Made by a program: the position numbers and the translations under genes. Under the pieces are notes generated by a model. That model was not told the origin of the DNA, did no database searches, and was given only the letters and a program-made list of their open reading frames with translations. 64,000 nucleotides of DNA from Nemertoderma westbladi. Lineage: Eukaryota; Animalia; Xenacoelomorpha. Location of the stretch: positions 1 through 64,000 of the forward strand of contig JAUCBJ010006114.1 in NCBI GenBank assembly GCA_032718475.1. Reading direction: 5' to 3'. The first letter of the stretch is position 1. Every line of letters starts with the position of its first letter. Of the stretch, positions 51,301-62,400 are shown piece after piece.

Positions 51301-53320
51301 GGACCTGTTGGGAGGAGCGTATCCGATTCTCCTTCATCTCTCCAAGGAGAATATCCATCCCCCGCCGTCTCTCGTCTACCCAATCAACCGCCGAAACGGG
51401 ATCCGCCAACGTCGTAGCGGGCAGACGAGGGACAACGGGCGACAAATTTGGAATATTTCGCTCGGGGTCCAGGACCTGAACTGTCTCCTGGGCAGTTCTA
51501 CGGGGCACAGGTAGCTTAGTGCTATGCAGAGGGAATTTAGAGGTAGTTTCAGGGAGCACAGGTGTGTCTATCACCGAAGGGGTGATTTCAAGAACAGGCC
51601 TAATTATTTCAGGCTCATCTACTATAGTAGGGAGTCTTTCTATTTTAATTATTTGGTCTGTGGGCTCTGTACTACCTAAGTTGGTGTTATTTAGTTGCCT
51701 TCTAACAGCTGGAGGCAAATCAGGCAATTTCTGACGGTGGAATGTTCTTTTACGTCTACTTAGACGAGATCTATTTCCTTTGCCTTCAGTATCGGTGGTA
51801 TCGCCTTCCTCAGATGATGTAAATCCCTGTCTCTTGGAAGTAGTCCGACTTATCAGCTGCATATCACTAGCCGTTAACTGTTTATTGAAGTTGTCTTGCC
51901 TCTCTTGAAGATTTTCCAACTCTAGTTGGGTTGCCTCTTCAGATGCCCTCCGTTCTGCTTCTGCCACTGCCTCTGCTGTTTTTCTTTCGGCTTCTGCCGC
52001 TGCCACTGCTGCTGCCGCTTTCCTTTCCGCTTCGGCCTCTGCCACTGCCACTGCTGCCTTTCTTTCCGCTTCTGCCTCTGCCACTGCTGCTGCCGCCTTT
52101 CTTTCCGCTTCTGCCTCTGCCACTGCTGCTGCCACTGCCGCTGCCTTTCTATCTTCTATACGTTTTTTCTTTAATTGTTCTTCTTGGTCTCTAGCGATGC
52201 GGAGTTGTTCATCGAATTTAGCTTGGTTCGCCGCTAACCTATCCACATCAATTGCATCCAACACACGCTGGGCTCCTTCACTATTAGGGCTAAGCCCATC
52301 TAGTCTTCTCCGCAACTCTTCATCACCTACAAAACGCTGATAGTCTGACAGATAGATGTCAATGGCATCCCTCTTATGCGGTTTCTCTGCCGTCGCTTCA
52401 CTTTCCACTTGGGAAAAAGTAGCGTCTGTTGATTCTCCATGGGTTGAGCGCTCCTCCAACTGAGCTTTCCACTGAGCTGCTCCTTGAACCTGGCGACTCA
52501 CCCGTTGAAACCAAGTCTTTACGGCAACTTGCAACGACGTGTCTTGTTTTCTTTTAGAAGCCTCCTCAAAGGCGGATAAGATTAGCCTAATCCGCAGAAC
52601 TCTTTCTCTAACTTGATAAAGCAGCGATCCCTGCTCTTGAGGTCCTTGAGGTTGTTGAAAAAGTTGCTTTTCTATTCGCTCCATAGAGCTGAAGAATCCC
52701 TGTGCGTATCCGGCTGCGGACCTCTTCCACACAGCTGGATCGATGGTTTCCTTGGCTACTCCCATCCGGTGTATGTCTTCCCAGGCAGCTTCTGATAAAT
52801 CAAACGGGAGTCCGGGTCCGGGGAAGTTCCATTGCGACTCGACAATAGACTTCAGTTCTTCACTAGTGTATCCCGCGTAACTATCTCTAGTTGACCGTTG
52901 ACTTCTCGCCCAATCGATCTGGTGTTCTTCCACCACGATCAATAACCCAGCGAGCACGGCTGCAGGAAGGATGAGAAGGGGATCCGTATAAATCGCATCC
53001 GTCATCTCTGCTCCGCTCTCGGGTGTCAGCTCTACAGTATCCTCACTACTGGAGCTGCTGGGCCGCTGAGGAATAAGTTCTTGACTAACGGGTTGTTGCT
53101 GTTCCGCTGCTTCTTGGTCCCGCTTGACCTGAGCTCGGGTGCCTATGATAGACCTACGATGTTGGACTAGCCTAGGTTCTGTTATTACTACTGGAGGGAT
53201 GACCTTCCTCACAGTGGGAGGTGAACTGAACTTACGACCAGACGGTTGTACGTCTCGATCTGAGTTGCAGATAGTTACATCTAATAAACTGTCTGACAGG
53301 TTCTGCTTAGTATCAGACAT
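48308..53320 (-). CDS. BEL/Pao Gag-protease polyprotein (1670 aa) fused in frame to an RNase H C-terminal remnant
   Basis: DUF1759-like FNGDEMKWLPF...EKLRFLIECLEG; three knuckles CVLCDGPH..C, CYNCLRRGH..C, CAKCGAKHH.LLH; protease ALLDSGSTGTFI, ILIGQN, RTRVGWYLTGP; then WRYCPKKFNPTDIASRG; no YxDD and no integrase. Confidence 0.9.
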   Translation of the reverse strand: MSDTKQNLSDSLLDVTICNSDRDVQPSGRKFSSPPTVRKVIPPVVITEPRLVQHRRSIIGTRAQVKRDQEAAEQQQPVSQELIPQRPSSSSSEDTVELTPESGAEMTDAIYTDPLLILPAAVLAGLLIVVEEHQIDWARSQRSTRDSYAGYTSEELKSIVESQWNFPGPGLPFDLSEAAWEDIHRMGVAKETIDPAVWKRSAAGYAQGFFSSMERIEKQLFQQPQGPQEQGSLLYQVRERVLRIRLILSAFEEASKRKQDTSLQVAVKTWFQRVSRQVQGAAQWKAQLEERSTHGESTDATFSQVESEATAEKPHKRDAIDIYLSDYQRFVGDEELRRRLDGLSPNSEGAQRVLDAIDVDRLAANQAKFDEQLRIARDQEEQLKKKRIEDRKAAAVAAAVAEAEAERKAAAAVAEAEAERKAAVAVAEAEAERKAAAAVAAAEAERKTAEAVAEAERRASEEATQLELENLQERQDNFNKQLTASDMQLISRTTSKRQGFTSSEEGDTTDTEGKGNRSRLSRRKRTFHRQKLPDLPPAVRRQLNNTNLGSTEPTDQIIKIERLPTIVDEPEIIRPVLEITPSVIDTPVLPETTSKFPLHSTKLPVPRRTAQETVQVLDPERNIPNLSPVVPRLPATTLADPVSAVDWVDERRRGMDILLGEMKENRIRSSQQVRELEETVQQFKGTVRESRLELQKVQQSIALERDKLVNTQKGIPPPPVTMCQPVRSEVSHAQGVEPTRIYTASEIETPIVNPIKGNYKPVDNDISSRLDNNPRNLYTDNSLFNNAMAQESFTRQMARTEARQAVKVGEIVKFNGDEMKWLPFNEYYKDNIQNSLLSNGEKLRFLIECLEGSPKLMALKFIGHPDGLRQVWDTLNIRYGNRNNIARYLYAKLMAPRKFLSSGIIEFSDEIQEICRQLDWLGKSHEYQNSMVVGALASTLPKGGVGTRWDKKVLYMMEQQQRDPTMTDLMSFLDREVKLQLLRQSIEKTLENKVSEKPVSRRRVTPVCYTDDGESQTSQGEDSGKDTDRSYYVNKMPKDQVSKSESRPNDRREPVQKTLPTSPKRIQVRKPEERTSVHHIAQVKVSNIKPKCVLCDGPHRLNACDKFLRKSLEDRREVMWDKRLCYNCLRRGHQRRTCNSDARCAKCGAKHHILLHTEFERNSPSQVSESELHVQFSDVNDTDQSEMEGFYTDEFSDQNESCYLINTTAVYRALMYEKDTDSDLTLTTSDQQPSWKAPTSNIGIREFPVVQLRVHGPQKSYIVNALLDSGSTGTFIDKELAENIFAGQPKFQTKLNMSGIMQVWKSTITADYYVGALSTPQDELGEHSIRSVKMVAIKNFATTQADLYDWDEDESIQHLNIPRFQTDYPGVQILIGQNAHEALETLEKRPAQPQPLQTYAVRTRVGWYLTGPSGRTLRERLLQDRVCQVSEWEDDTSEGDDPTEGTPHSSDNDNLSSNVDQWRYCPKKFNPTDIASRGATPQELTDTIDRLGEPDFLSKENEWPPHLTPTEIRPAKGAEKVEPETRTGGSELFEPGIDLSVLHIARDDAVDLDLPTASGSFMKIRESDWSSGTSDVSQGLSPLLQGATDHYSSWNRLCKAVVYLERCLYRHYSRTKRKPGIVFGMQRLNHPVGRLCLPEGNGGLSGNCGRQDSLPTTTSLILQTSRDSIT

Positions 53321-55216
53321 GACTAGGTATGTACAGTTGAATGCCTACTGCTATATTACAGTCTAAGCAAGTCTAGTAACTCAGTATGAACTGCTAGCCT
53401 AGTAATTAATTACCGTTACTGCTACTCAGTGTAGCGTGATATATATATAATATATTAGAATACCGGTATACTTATAGTATATATAACTATATAAGTATTA
53501 TTACAGACTAGGTTTATCACAGAATACCGGTATAATTTTAGCACAAATATATATAAATATATAATAGGCCTATCGGAATACCGGTATACAGCTTACAGTT
53601 TGTAGTATATATAATTCTGGAATAGAATTAATTACAAGTACCGGTATAATTTCAGCCTAGATTTATAGAAATAAGATAATAGGCCTATCGTAAATACCGG
53701 TATATCAATTATTTTGGAATAATTGAATTTCTGAACTTTAGGGTTACTTGGTTACTTTAACTTACTTTATTACCGTTATTTAAGCAGTAATCCAACTGAT
53801 ATTGAGACCTAATGGTTGTATGGTAGGCCTACTATTTATAAATCGTTAGATTTGATTTATAATATATATATACCCGTTTTAATGGGTTTAGTCAATGTTT
53901 GAAATAAATGTTATTATTTCTGGGGTAATCACTACACAAAGCGGTGCGCTTTCAGTGAAGTGTTACGTATAGGACACTAAAACAAATAATTCTAATTTAC
54001 CTAAGTTACTTAATACTACAAATTACGTACAATTCGGGTGAGATTACAATCTCTAAATAAATGCAAAAATTTATAAAAAACACAAAATACGAATTTTTTA
54101 GGGTAATTTTACAAGAAGTCTACAAACCAGCCTAACAAAGGGTTAGAAAACTGGTTATTACAACGGACAGGGTACTGCGGTATTTGAAAATAATACGTAG
54201 TAGTAAATTCACTGCGTTGTCCAGATAGGAAAATACCACCGCCTGACGACCTATAGCCGTATCGCTATAGGTTCTACGTTATGTATCACGGAGTGTTCCT
54301 ACCTAGAAGTTAATAGAGCTAATCGAATGTGCCTATCAACCACTTTACAACACAAATATAATGCCTACACTAACTATTTTCGGAAAGCACTGTACACTAA
54401 ACCCTAAATTAGGTACGAGTACTTGTACAACAGATAATCAGTAGTTAAATATACTTGAACAGCTAAAAGAACCACGGCATCTGCTGGAGTGACCGATGCA
54501 CAAAATCACCAGTCTTTACCTACGCCGAGCAGCCCGTGTAGTACCGGGGTTAATTTAACTATAGCGGTATGTATAACAAACACAATTACTGTAGGAACAA
54601 ACTTGGGGAATGAATGTTGCGGATAATCGCATAAACTCTGAATAATAAATATTACGCTACGCGTACAAACTACTCAAACAAAATACAGACCGAACACTGA
54701 CAGACTACTATCAAGCCTAAACAAACTACGGTATATGCAGACTCCGAAATGATTAGGGAGTATGCGCTCTAACCCAGTAGTGCGACTTATTCTTTAGTTG
54801 GGGGTTTACCTTACAGCGTTCGCTGCCCCTACTTCCTAACCGTACTTAATCGGACAGGTGATCTACACACACTGCAATCCGTTCAGACTTAACAGAAATC
54901 AGACAACAGCTCAGCCTACAAATCGTCTGCACAATCTGATCAGGTTTACACGCCTTCTGTTCAATACTGGCCTACAAACAAATAAAACTGACAGAAATAG
55001 GCCTAAGTAAAATCCCAATAAAAACCAGGCGTCCCCGATTAATTATTAAGACCTACCGGCATATATAATCAAATCGAATAATACTGCTGTACTTATACGG
55101 AAGTACCGGTTAGGACAGTTAGGCCTACTGACCTACAGATGGACCGTTCAGGTTTACCGGTTGACCGGTACTTTCAACTTTATTGCTTACTGCAATAAAG
55201 AAGCGATATCCTTTAA

Positions 55217-56448
55217 TGTTCGCGCTTTCAGACCTTTGGCAGTTTAACCCGCCAAATTAGAATGTCTTCTAGATAATAAATCACTTTTAGTCTATGACAA
55301 GTATTTGATTCACTACACTAGTCGAAACCAATCTGTGCGCGATCATTCACCCGCTGGATATTCCCGGGAGATTGGGTTCGACGGTTTAATTTTATTGCTA
55401 TGTAAGCCTAATGTATTATTCGACTGACAGTATTATATAATCTCTGACAATATTATTCACCTTCGGGAATATTAACAGTTCCTTTAGGACGTGGCGCTTT
55501 ATCTATATAAACAGAGTTATGACTTAAACTACTCACAACGATATGGCTTAATTATAATTCACATATATGGCGCATTCTTTAGGAATTGCTTCTTTAACAG
55601 ACTCACTCATACACAATGCTGCACAATACTGCACACTAATCTGCCAATCTTCACTGATTTTAGTCACATATAAAAGGAACACAGACTGACTCATGTAGGG
55701 TCTATCAAATAACATTAGGTTCACTTCAAACCACTTTAACATAAGTCACAATCGTTATTGGTAACCTTTCTCTCTTACCTTCGGTATATCAAGAATATTG
55801 GGTTTTCGGGGTTATTTCTCGTTATTCCAATATAATAATTCATCAACAATATAATGAATAACCGACAACAAATAGCAGTACACAGTATCGATTGAGCAGG
55901 TAATTTTAGCAGTTTCAGCAGTTATTAAAAGCCGTGTGTCAGCAGTCAGTGTATTCCCAGATCAGTGATTCCATGAGTTTGATCGGTATGTCAGTTAAAG
56001 GATATATGCCCTTATAATTAAACCTACTAGTGTAAGACTAAAAACTGAAAACACGGAGGTGCCAAAAGCCGGTTCTTAGGCTCTGGGCAAAAACATAACA
56101 CTGAACTACTGAGTTTCTGTATATACCTCCAACACAGAGACAACAAACGCTCTGATTGGTCAACCTGAACAACGAGAGAACAGAGAAACAAAGAAACGTC
56201 GACGTGGCAATATCAGCTGCTAGCCGTCGTCATGGTAGCGACACTGTTTTCAAGAGTATCGAGCTTTTACGTCACGGAATTACGGATTATGTCCTCTAAA
56301 GTACAAATACAGAAGAAATAGCTTTCATGTCCGCTAAAACACCAGTACAGCAAGGACACGGCCTTTTTATGCCTGGTAAACCAACTACAGAGTACTTTAC
56401 GGGAAAAATAAGGAAAAATAACCGGACAATTCAGCAAAAGCTTTTACA
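55217..56448 (-). repeat. 5' LTR (1232 bp)
   Basis: Direct repeat of 42725-43955; the only difference noticed is one extra A (ctgaaaacacgg vs ctgaaacacgg). Confidence 0.95.
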
Positions 56449-56590
56449 ATCATTATGTGAGAGTTTGAGAATTTCAACTCTTAAACTTTTTTAATTAAAC
56501 CAATTATTCGTATTTTCGAAAAAGCGTCAAGTCTCCTTCAATGGGAAGTAATCCAAATTGTCGACATGCTGCAGCTAGGGGGTCTGCCAT

Positions 56591-57545
56591 TTACGAAGAT
56601 TTATAATATGTTAATATAAGTATATAATAATATAATATAAGTAAATACATAATATTAGGTCGACCGGTTGGAACGTTGGGATTTCTAGAAGGACGAATAA
56701 GATAGTGGTTCCAAACTGATGCTAATGTGTCTAGTTCGTTTTGAATTAGTGAAGTAAAACAGAACTGAACGACAGCCTTTGAAACAAAGTCTCCGGGGAG
56801 GATACCTTCTGCCTGCAATTCTTTAAATAATTCTATCCAGAACTGCGCGTTCTCCTTCCGAAGAACCCCCCACCAACTCTCGATTCTTTGATTTGCCGTA
56901 CTGCGCCCGTCTGTATACGCCCGGGTTACCAAGCCATCAGTGCAATTGCGGCGGAAAAACATCTGAAAGCTTCTCACGTAGGCGTTTTCAGTTCCGTAGT
57001 CTGCCCTGACCATTAAAGGGCATCCACCAAGGCGAGATACTAAATCAACAAAATAGCCACCAATAATTTTTGGGTTGTTATTGGTTTTATAAACTTCTAA
57101 GAACAAAATCTTCCGTGTAAACCCATCTATGCAACCGCTTATACATAGACCGAACGGTTTTAGTTTATCATAGCCGTCCAAATGCCAGAGGTAATTTGGA
57201 CCTCTGGCATAGTATGAACGTCGTTTAAGTCGGTGCGATTGTCTAAGCTCGACTCCACGCGGATCAAGTTCCTTGAGAATTATTCGTACGTCCTCCTTTT
57301 TCACAACTAAGCCGTTGTGGCGACATTTTCAAACATCATTCTATAACCCAGCATGCTTCCCGATCCAGCCAATTGATTTTTAATAAATTCTACAACTTCT
57401 TCCAATGGTGTATAATTTCGACGTTGTAATCCGAAATCTTTAAATAAACGTTTTAGTTGCCGCTCACCAATGTTTATCCCATGATCATTGGCGAGTACAG
57501 ACGAAATATCTTTATAAGGCATTTATAAGGCATGCTAAGGTAAAA
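56591..57545 (-). pseudogene. IS3EU-like DDE transposase (HTH + integrase core), frameshifted at ~57305
   Basis: YKDISSVLA.DHGI.I.ERQLKR..GYRMM / LDPRGVELR..RLKRR.Y..GPN.LWHLDGYDKLKPFG.CI.GCIDGF.RKI, VRADYGTEN, NQRIESWW. Confidence 0.75.
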
Positions 57546-57859
57546 ATAAATTTTGAGAAGCGGCATTAACTGATCGGGCCACATAATGTCAAAATGTGCT
57601 GAGCATGCAATAGTTCGCGTTGCTAAGTTGAATTACTACGAATTCAATTAAGTGGCAAACTTCGAACTGTTGTCATACACGAAACATACAGGAACAGAAC
57701 AGAAACGTAAGAACCACTGAGATACAATTTTAATTTCCCTCTAATTTAGTTCTCCTATGTTACTACAACCAATCAAACAACTCCAAATTTGTAATATTAA
57801 CGTAAATTATCGTTGAAGCTATCATGAGGGCTCGTGTTAGCTAACACGAGGGCTCGTGT

Positions 57860-57914
57860 TTTGGCACTTAGAAGGATAATTAAAGAATTAACCAAAAAGA
57901 AAGACAGGCATCTG
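57860..57914 (+). mobile_element. Short RTE LINE fragment interrupted by the next LTR element
   Basis: ggcactta.aaggat.att.aaga.tta.caaaaagaaagacaggcatctg matches the reverse complement of ~26197-26248. Confidence 0.6.
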
Positions 57915-59393
57915 TGTTAAGACGAACGGCCGCCCAAAGTAGACTCCACGGGGAAATTAGTTTTTTAGCCTGATATTTATACTATTTATTTAATGCATTA
58001 TTTTTAACGTGATTTGCTTTGTGTCCTATCTATTTGGTGTACTATTTTTTAGCTTGCAATTTATCCTATGAAATCTATGCGGTGTATTATTTCGGCTTAT
58101 AATTTATTTATGTCTTTAATTATTATTTTTAACGTGATTTGCTTTGTGTCCTATCTATTTGGTGTACTATTTTTTAGCTTGCAATTTATCCTATGAAATC
58201 TATGCGGTGTATTATTTCGGCTTATAATTTATTTATGTCTTTAATTATTATTTTTAACGTGATTTGCTTTGTGTCCTATCTATTTGGTGTACTATTTTTT
58301 AGCTTGCAATTTATCCTATGAAATCTATGCGGTGTATTATTTCGGCTTATAATTTATTTATGTCTTTAATTATTTATTTAGTGTATTATTTTTTGGCGTA
58401 CGATCTATAATGTTGATCTATTTGCTGGGTGATTATTTTCGGCTTAGGGCTTGTTCTGTATTGATTTTGTTGGTGTGCGTACTTGTATATTGGCTGTGAC
58501 GACATCTATTGGGTTATGATTTTTATTGGTGGGCCGCGAGTTGATTATTGGGTTTATTTTTAGCTCGGTTATTATTGGTATGTACCTTTATACCTCGCCT
58601 GGGGCAGGCTCGGGTATTGCTTGGGGTGGGCGTACTTAGCTGCTATATTGGATATGTAAACACGATTGGCTTCTGTAAAGTTGTAGGATAATATGCGGCC
58701 GTTATTGCTTTTGTGAGTTTTGATTGGAGGATTCCTTTCGGGAGAGGTGTATTCAAGGCTTGGCTTTGTGACATTATTGCTTTGAATGTTGTAGCTAATA
58801 ATAGCCTAGGTTGGGATGGTTGAAGTTTGTGTTACTCTATTGTTGCAAGGGTCAAACTGATTATAGCTCGTTTGCTTGTCTGCCCGTTGAGGTAATGTGC
58901 AGTTTGTTCGGTAATCTGTTGACACCTTTTATATTGGTTGAGTTTGGTATATAAACTATAGTTATGGGATTCATTAGTCAGTAGCCTACGAACCCCAGCC
59001 AACTGTCACGCCATTTAATTAATGTTTTTTCTTTTGGTCCCGGCCGGACCGGTAATTTTATTATTATTATTAATGCAATTTTGCGGCTAAATTTTACTGT
59101 CTAATTGAAATTAAATAAAAATTAAATCTCTACACTGCACGTATTTAACTATTTTTCTTTATGTTTTCGTCATGGTGAAAACGAATCACGGGCTCGCCGA
59201 TCTCTAGATCTAGGAAGGTAACCACCTGGACAACCCCCCCCCCCCTACCCCTCTCGTATAGGCATACTCTTTAAAAAAGGGCAAGCACATACCAGGCTAC
59301 CGCACTCCCCACACACTCCACGAACCTTATAGGGAATCAAAGGCAACCACACGCTGGCCTGGTAGATAGTCTGCACACACCCTCTTTTTTACA
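57915..59393 (+). repeat. Probable 5' LTR of the second BEL/Pao element (boundaries inferred)
   Basis: Starts TGTT exactly where RTE homology stops; ends ttttaCA followed by ttcgaaccggat, resembling the BEL tRNA-Arg PBS TGGTCCTTCGAACCGGAT; partner LTR lies outside the window. Confidence 0.5.
57997..58375 (+). repeat. 125-bp tandem repeat x3
   Basis: aacgtgatttgctttgtgtcc at 58006, 58131 and 58256; copies appear identical. Confidence 0.93.
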
Positions 59394-59416
59394 TTCGAAC
59401 CGGATACTACCGAACT

Positions 59417-62400
59417 ATGGATGACACCATCCGTGGGGATTCTGGCAATACGGAACCGGCGATCAACGATACCCGAGACAGGCGCAGTCGAGCATCCTCC
59501 CCCACCGGTAGCGCTAAAACCATGGCGAGTTCGGCGGCACGACTTGCCAAACATGGAGCTCGGATGATCGGCTTCCGAGTTCAAGCCGAACAGGAACGGA
59601 TCCGTAAGGAACAGTTGAGGGCAATAAAGGAACGAGGATGGATACATCAGGAACAGGAACGTAAACTGGAAGAATTGAGGATCTCCGAGGAACGTAAACT
59701 GGAAGAATTGAGGATCTCCGAGGAACGTAAACTGGAAGAATTGAGGATCTCCGATGAACGCGGGCTGGAAAAACTGATACGAGAGGCTGCTGAGGTGGAA
59801 TTCGAAGCGCGACTCTGGGAGGAAGAAGCCAAGGAGGACTGCGAGGAAGGACTCTCGGGCAGGCTTCGGGAGTTCGACGGTGAGTTGGATCCAGGAACTG
59901 AGGATGCCAGACCGTGTCACGGTGGCGCGGTCAGGGGTGAAGGGACGGACGGACCTGAACCATTCGGGTTCACCGTCTCGCCTCAGGGAAACACGGAACG
60001 GTGGGCGGCAACAGATAACTCGGGTGTCACACAGGTACGGGCGGTCATGGGGTCGGAGAGTGTACCGGTACGTACACAACGCGGCCCCCAGCCAATGGCT
60101 TCATCCTCCCCAAGGCCGGAACCGAAATCGGAGGAAGAAGGACGCGAGATTCGGGGCGCGGCACAACGTCAGGGTGGCGTTGTGGCAACCCCGGTCGTAA
60201 CGGACTATGGTCGGGGTGCGGTGCAATGTCAGGGTGGCATTGCACAAGTCCCGGTCGTAACAGGCCATGGCTGGGATGCGGCACGGCACCACGGTGGTGT
60301 TGTGGAAATCCCGGCTGTATCGGACGACAACAACCTTCGGGCGGATAGGAAGCCCTTGGGTTTATTCAGGAACTCTCGGACTGTGACAGAGGTTAAGCCG
60401 AGGGATGTGGGGGCCGCCTACAACCTTCCGCCTATAAAACCTTCGGCTCGATCAATGGACGACGGGGCGCCAGAGGATTACGGGCGACTAGACGCCCATG
60501 CACAACCCTTTATCCCCAGGGATCGGACTCCCCATTCTTCCACGGATCCCTGGGTAGGGTCGGTCGATTCGTGGATTGACGAACTCATCCCCGGAATGGA
60601 AACTGTAGTTCGGGGTGGCGAAGGAGCACAGAGTCTGGAGGTGGCGCTAATGCGACTCGGGGACGAACGGGGCACGCCGGAGGTGCGGCTGCTGCGGTTC
60701 GACGGGAACCCGATTCAGTGGCCGCAGTTCATCGAGTGGTTTTACGAGCTCGTACACCGTCGTGTACATTATACGGATGCTCGTCGCCTCGCGCTGCTTC
60801 AAGGGCAACTCGACGGGACGGCCAAGGATACCGTTGCGGGGTACGGTTGCAGCGGTGGAGCTTACGCCCAGGTGCTCCAGACTCTTAAATGGCAGTTCGC
60901 GCACCCGTCACTCGTCTCCCGGGTCTTTATAAACTCTATCGCGGAGGGGAAACAGATCCCCGCGCGGGACAAGGTGGCATTGAGACAGTTCCATACGAAT
61001 ATAACTCTGTGTATTTATACACTACGGGCCATGGGTAATCTCGCGGACATATACTCTGTGGAAACGCTGCGGCGGGTCTATATGCGGCTGCCCGATCACC
61101 TGCAATGGAAGTGGCAGCAGCATTGCGTAAATATCAGAGAGGGTTCCGGTCGCGGAACACCGGAAGACCCATCGCTGATACACCTGGAGACATGGTTGGG
61201 TCGCTGTGTGCGAGCGCTGTTCGAGCCAACCACGACAGACTTAAGCGAGTTTACCAACTACAGCTCCGGGATCGGGAAGCCACGGTTCGTAAAGCCGAGA
61301 GAAGAAACCTTGGCTAAACGCGCGGTAGCGCTTGTCTCTGGGGACGTGAGGAAGGGGACGAGATCGGAGAACCCGAACTCGGTTAGCCATTCGGTATCCT
61401 GCCGCTCTATGGAATGTTGCGTCCTCTGTCAGGGGGATCACACAACGAGAAACTGTGAGAACTTTAAGGGTCTAACGATGAAGCAACAAATGGATAAAGT
61501 CCACGTACTCGAACTCTGTTTTAAGTGTTTGGAAGCGGGCCATCGGGGCGGCGACTGCCCGAAGCCGGTACCGTGCGACGCAGGGGGTTGTGAACGGCGG
61601 CATCATCCCCTCTTACATACGGCCTTCAACGAACTAAACTCGAGGATCGGCGGTGGGATAACGGGAATCGGGAAAGAGAGATCCGGTTACTCGGCGGTTA
61701 CGGCGGATTGCGACGTGGTATCGGACGACCACGCGACGGGGTGGGAGGAGGACGGCGGCGTTCTCCTCCCTATTGTACCGTGCCGGCTTTATGGGAAAGG
61801 AGGGACGATGGTAGAGGGCGTCGTCATGCTGGATCCGTGTAGCGAACTGACTTTGATTGTCGACGAGGTCGCGAATAAACTCAGGTTGGGGGGTGAACGG
61901 CGCACATTAACGATAGGGAATGTCGAACGGGATGGGCCGCAACGGGAGGCGCGGAGGGTGGCTTTCGGTATTGGGCCGCGGGATGGGAGCCACAAGGCTG
62001 TGGAAGTGGGCGAGGCGTGGACTATCTCCGTTATAAATGTACCGAGGCGCCGTATGACATGCGATAACCTCACAACATCGTATCCTCATCTCGTCGGTAT
62101 ACCAATACCGACAGATGTGGATTACTCGCGGGTTATAGCACTCATTGGCGCCAACGTACCTGAGATAGTCTGCCCCTTAGAGGTAAAACGGGGGGACCCG
62201 GGACAGCCTTATGCACTACGGACTCTGTGCGGCTGGACGGTATGGGGGCCGGTGGGCGCTGGTAGAGGGTCGAGGGTTTACACGGAAACATTGCGGGGTG
62301 ACGGGGAAGGCGGGCGATGGGGAATTGGATAAACAGCTCGAGGAGTTTTGGACCACGGAGGGCTTTGGGACGAAGTTTAATGAGGATCGGCCGACTTCGC

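Larger units (their letters stand above)
42725..56448 (-). mobile_element. BEL/Pao LTR retrotransposon with both LTRs but non-autonomous (no RT/integrase), 13.7 kb
   Basis: Two near-identical LTRs (TG...CA), 5-bp TSD ATCAT at 42720-42724 and 56449-56453, internal Gag-protease ORF, purine-rich GGGAGCGG next to the 3' LTR. Confidence 0.93.
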
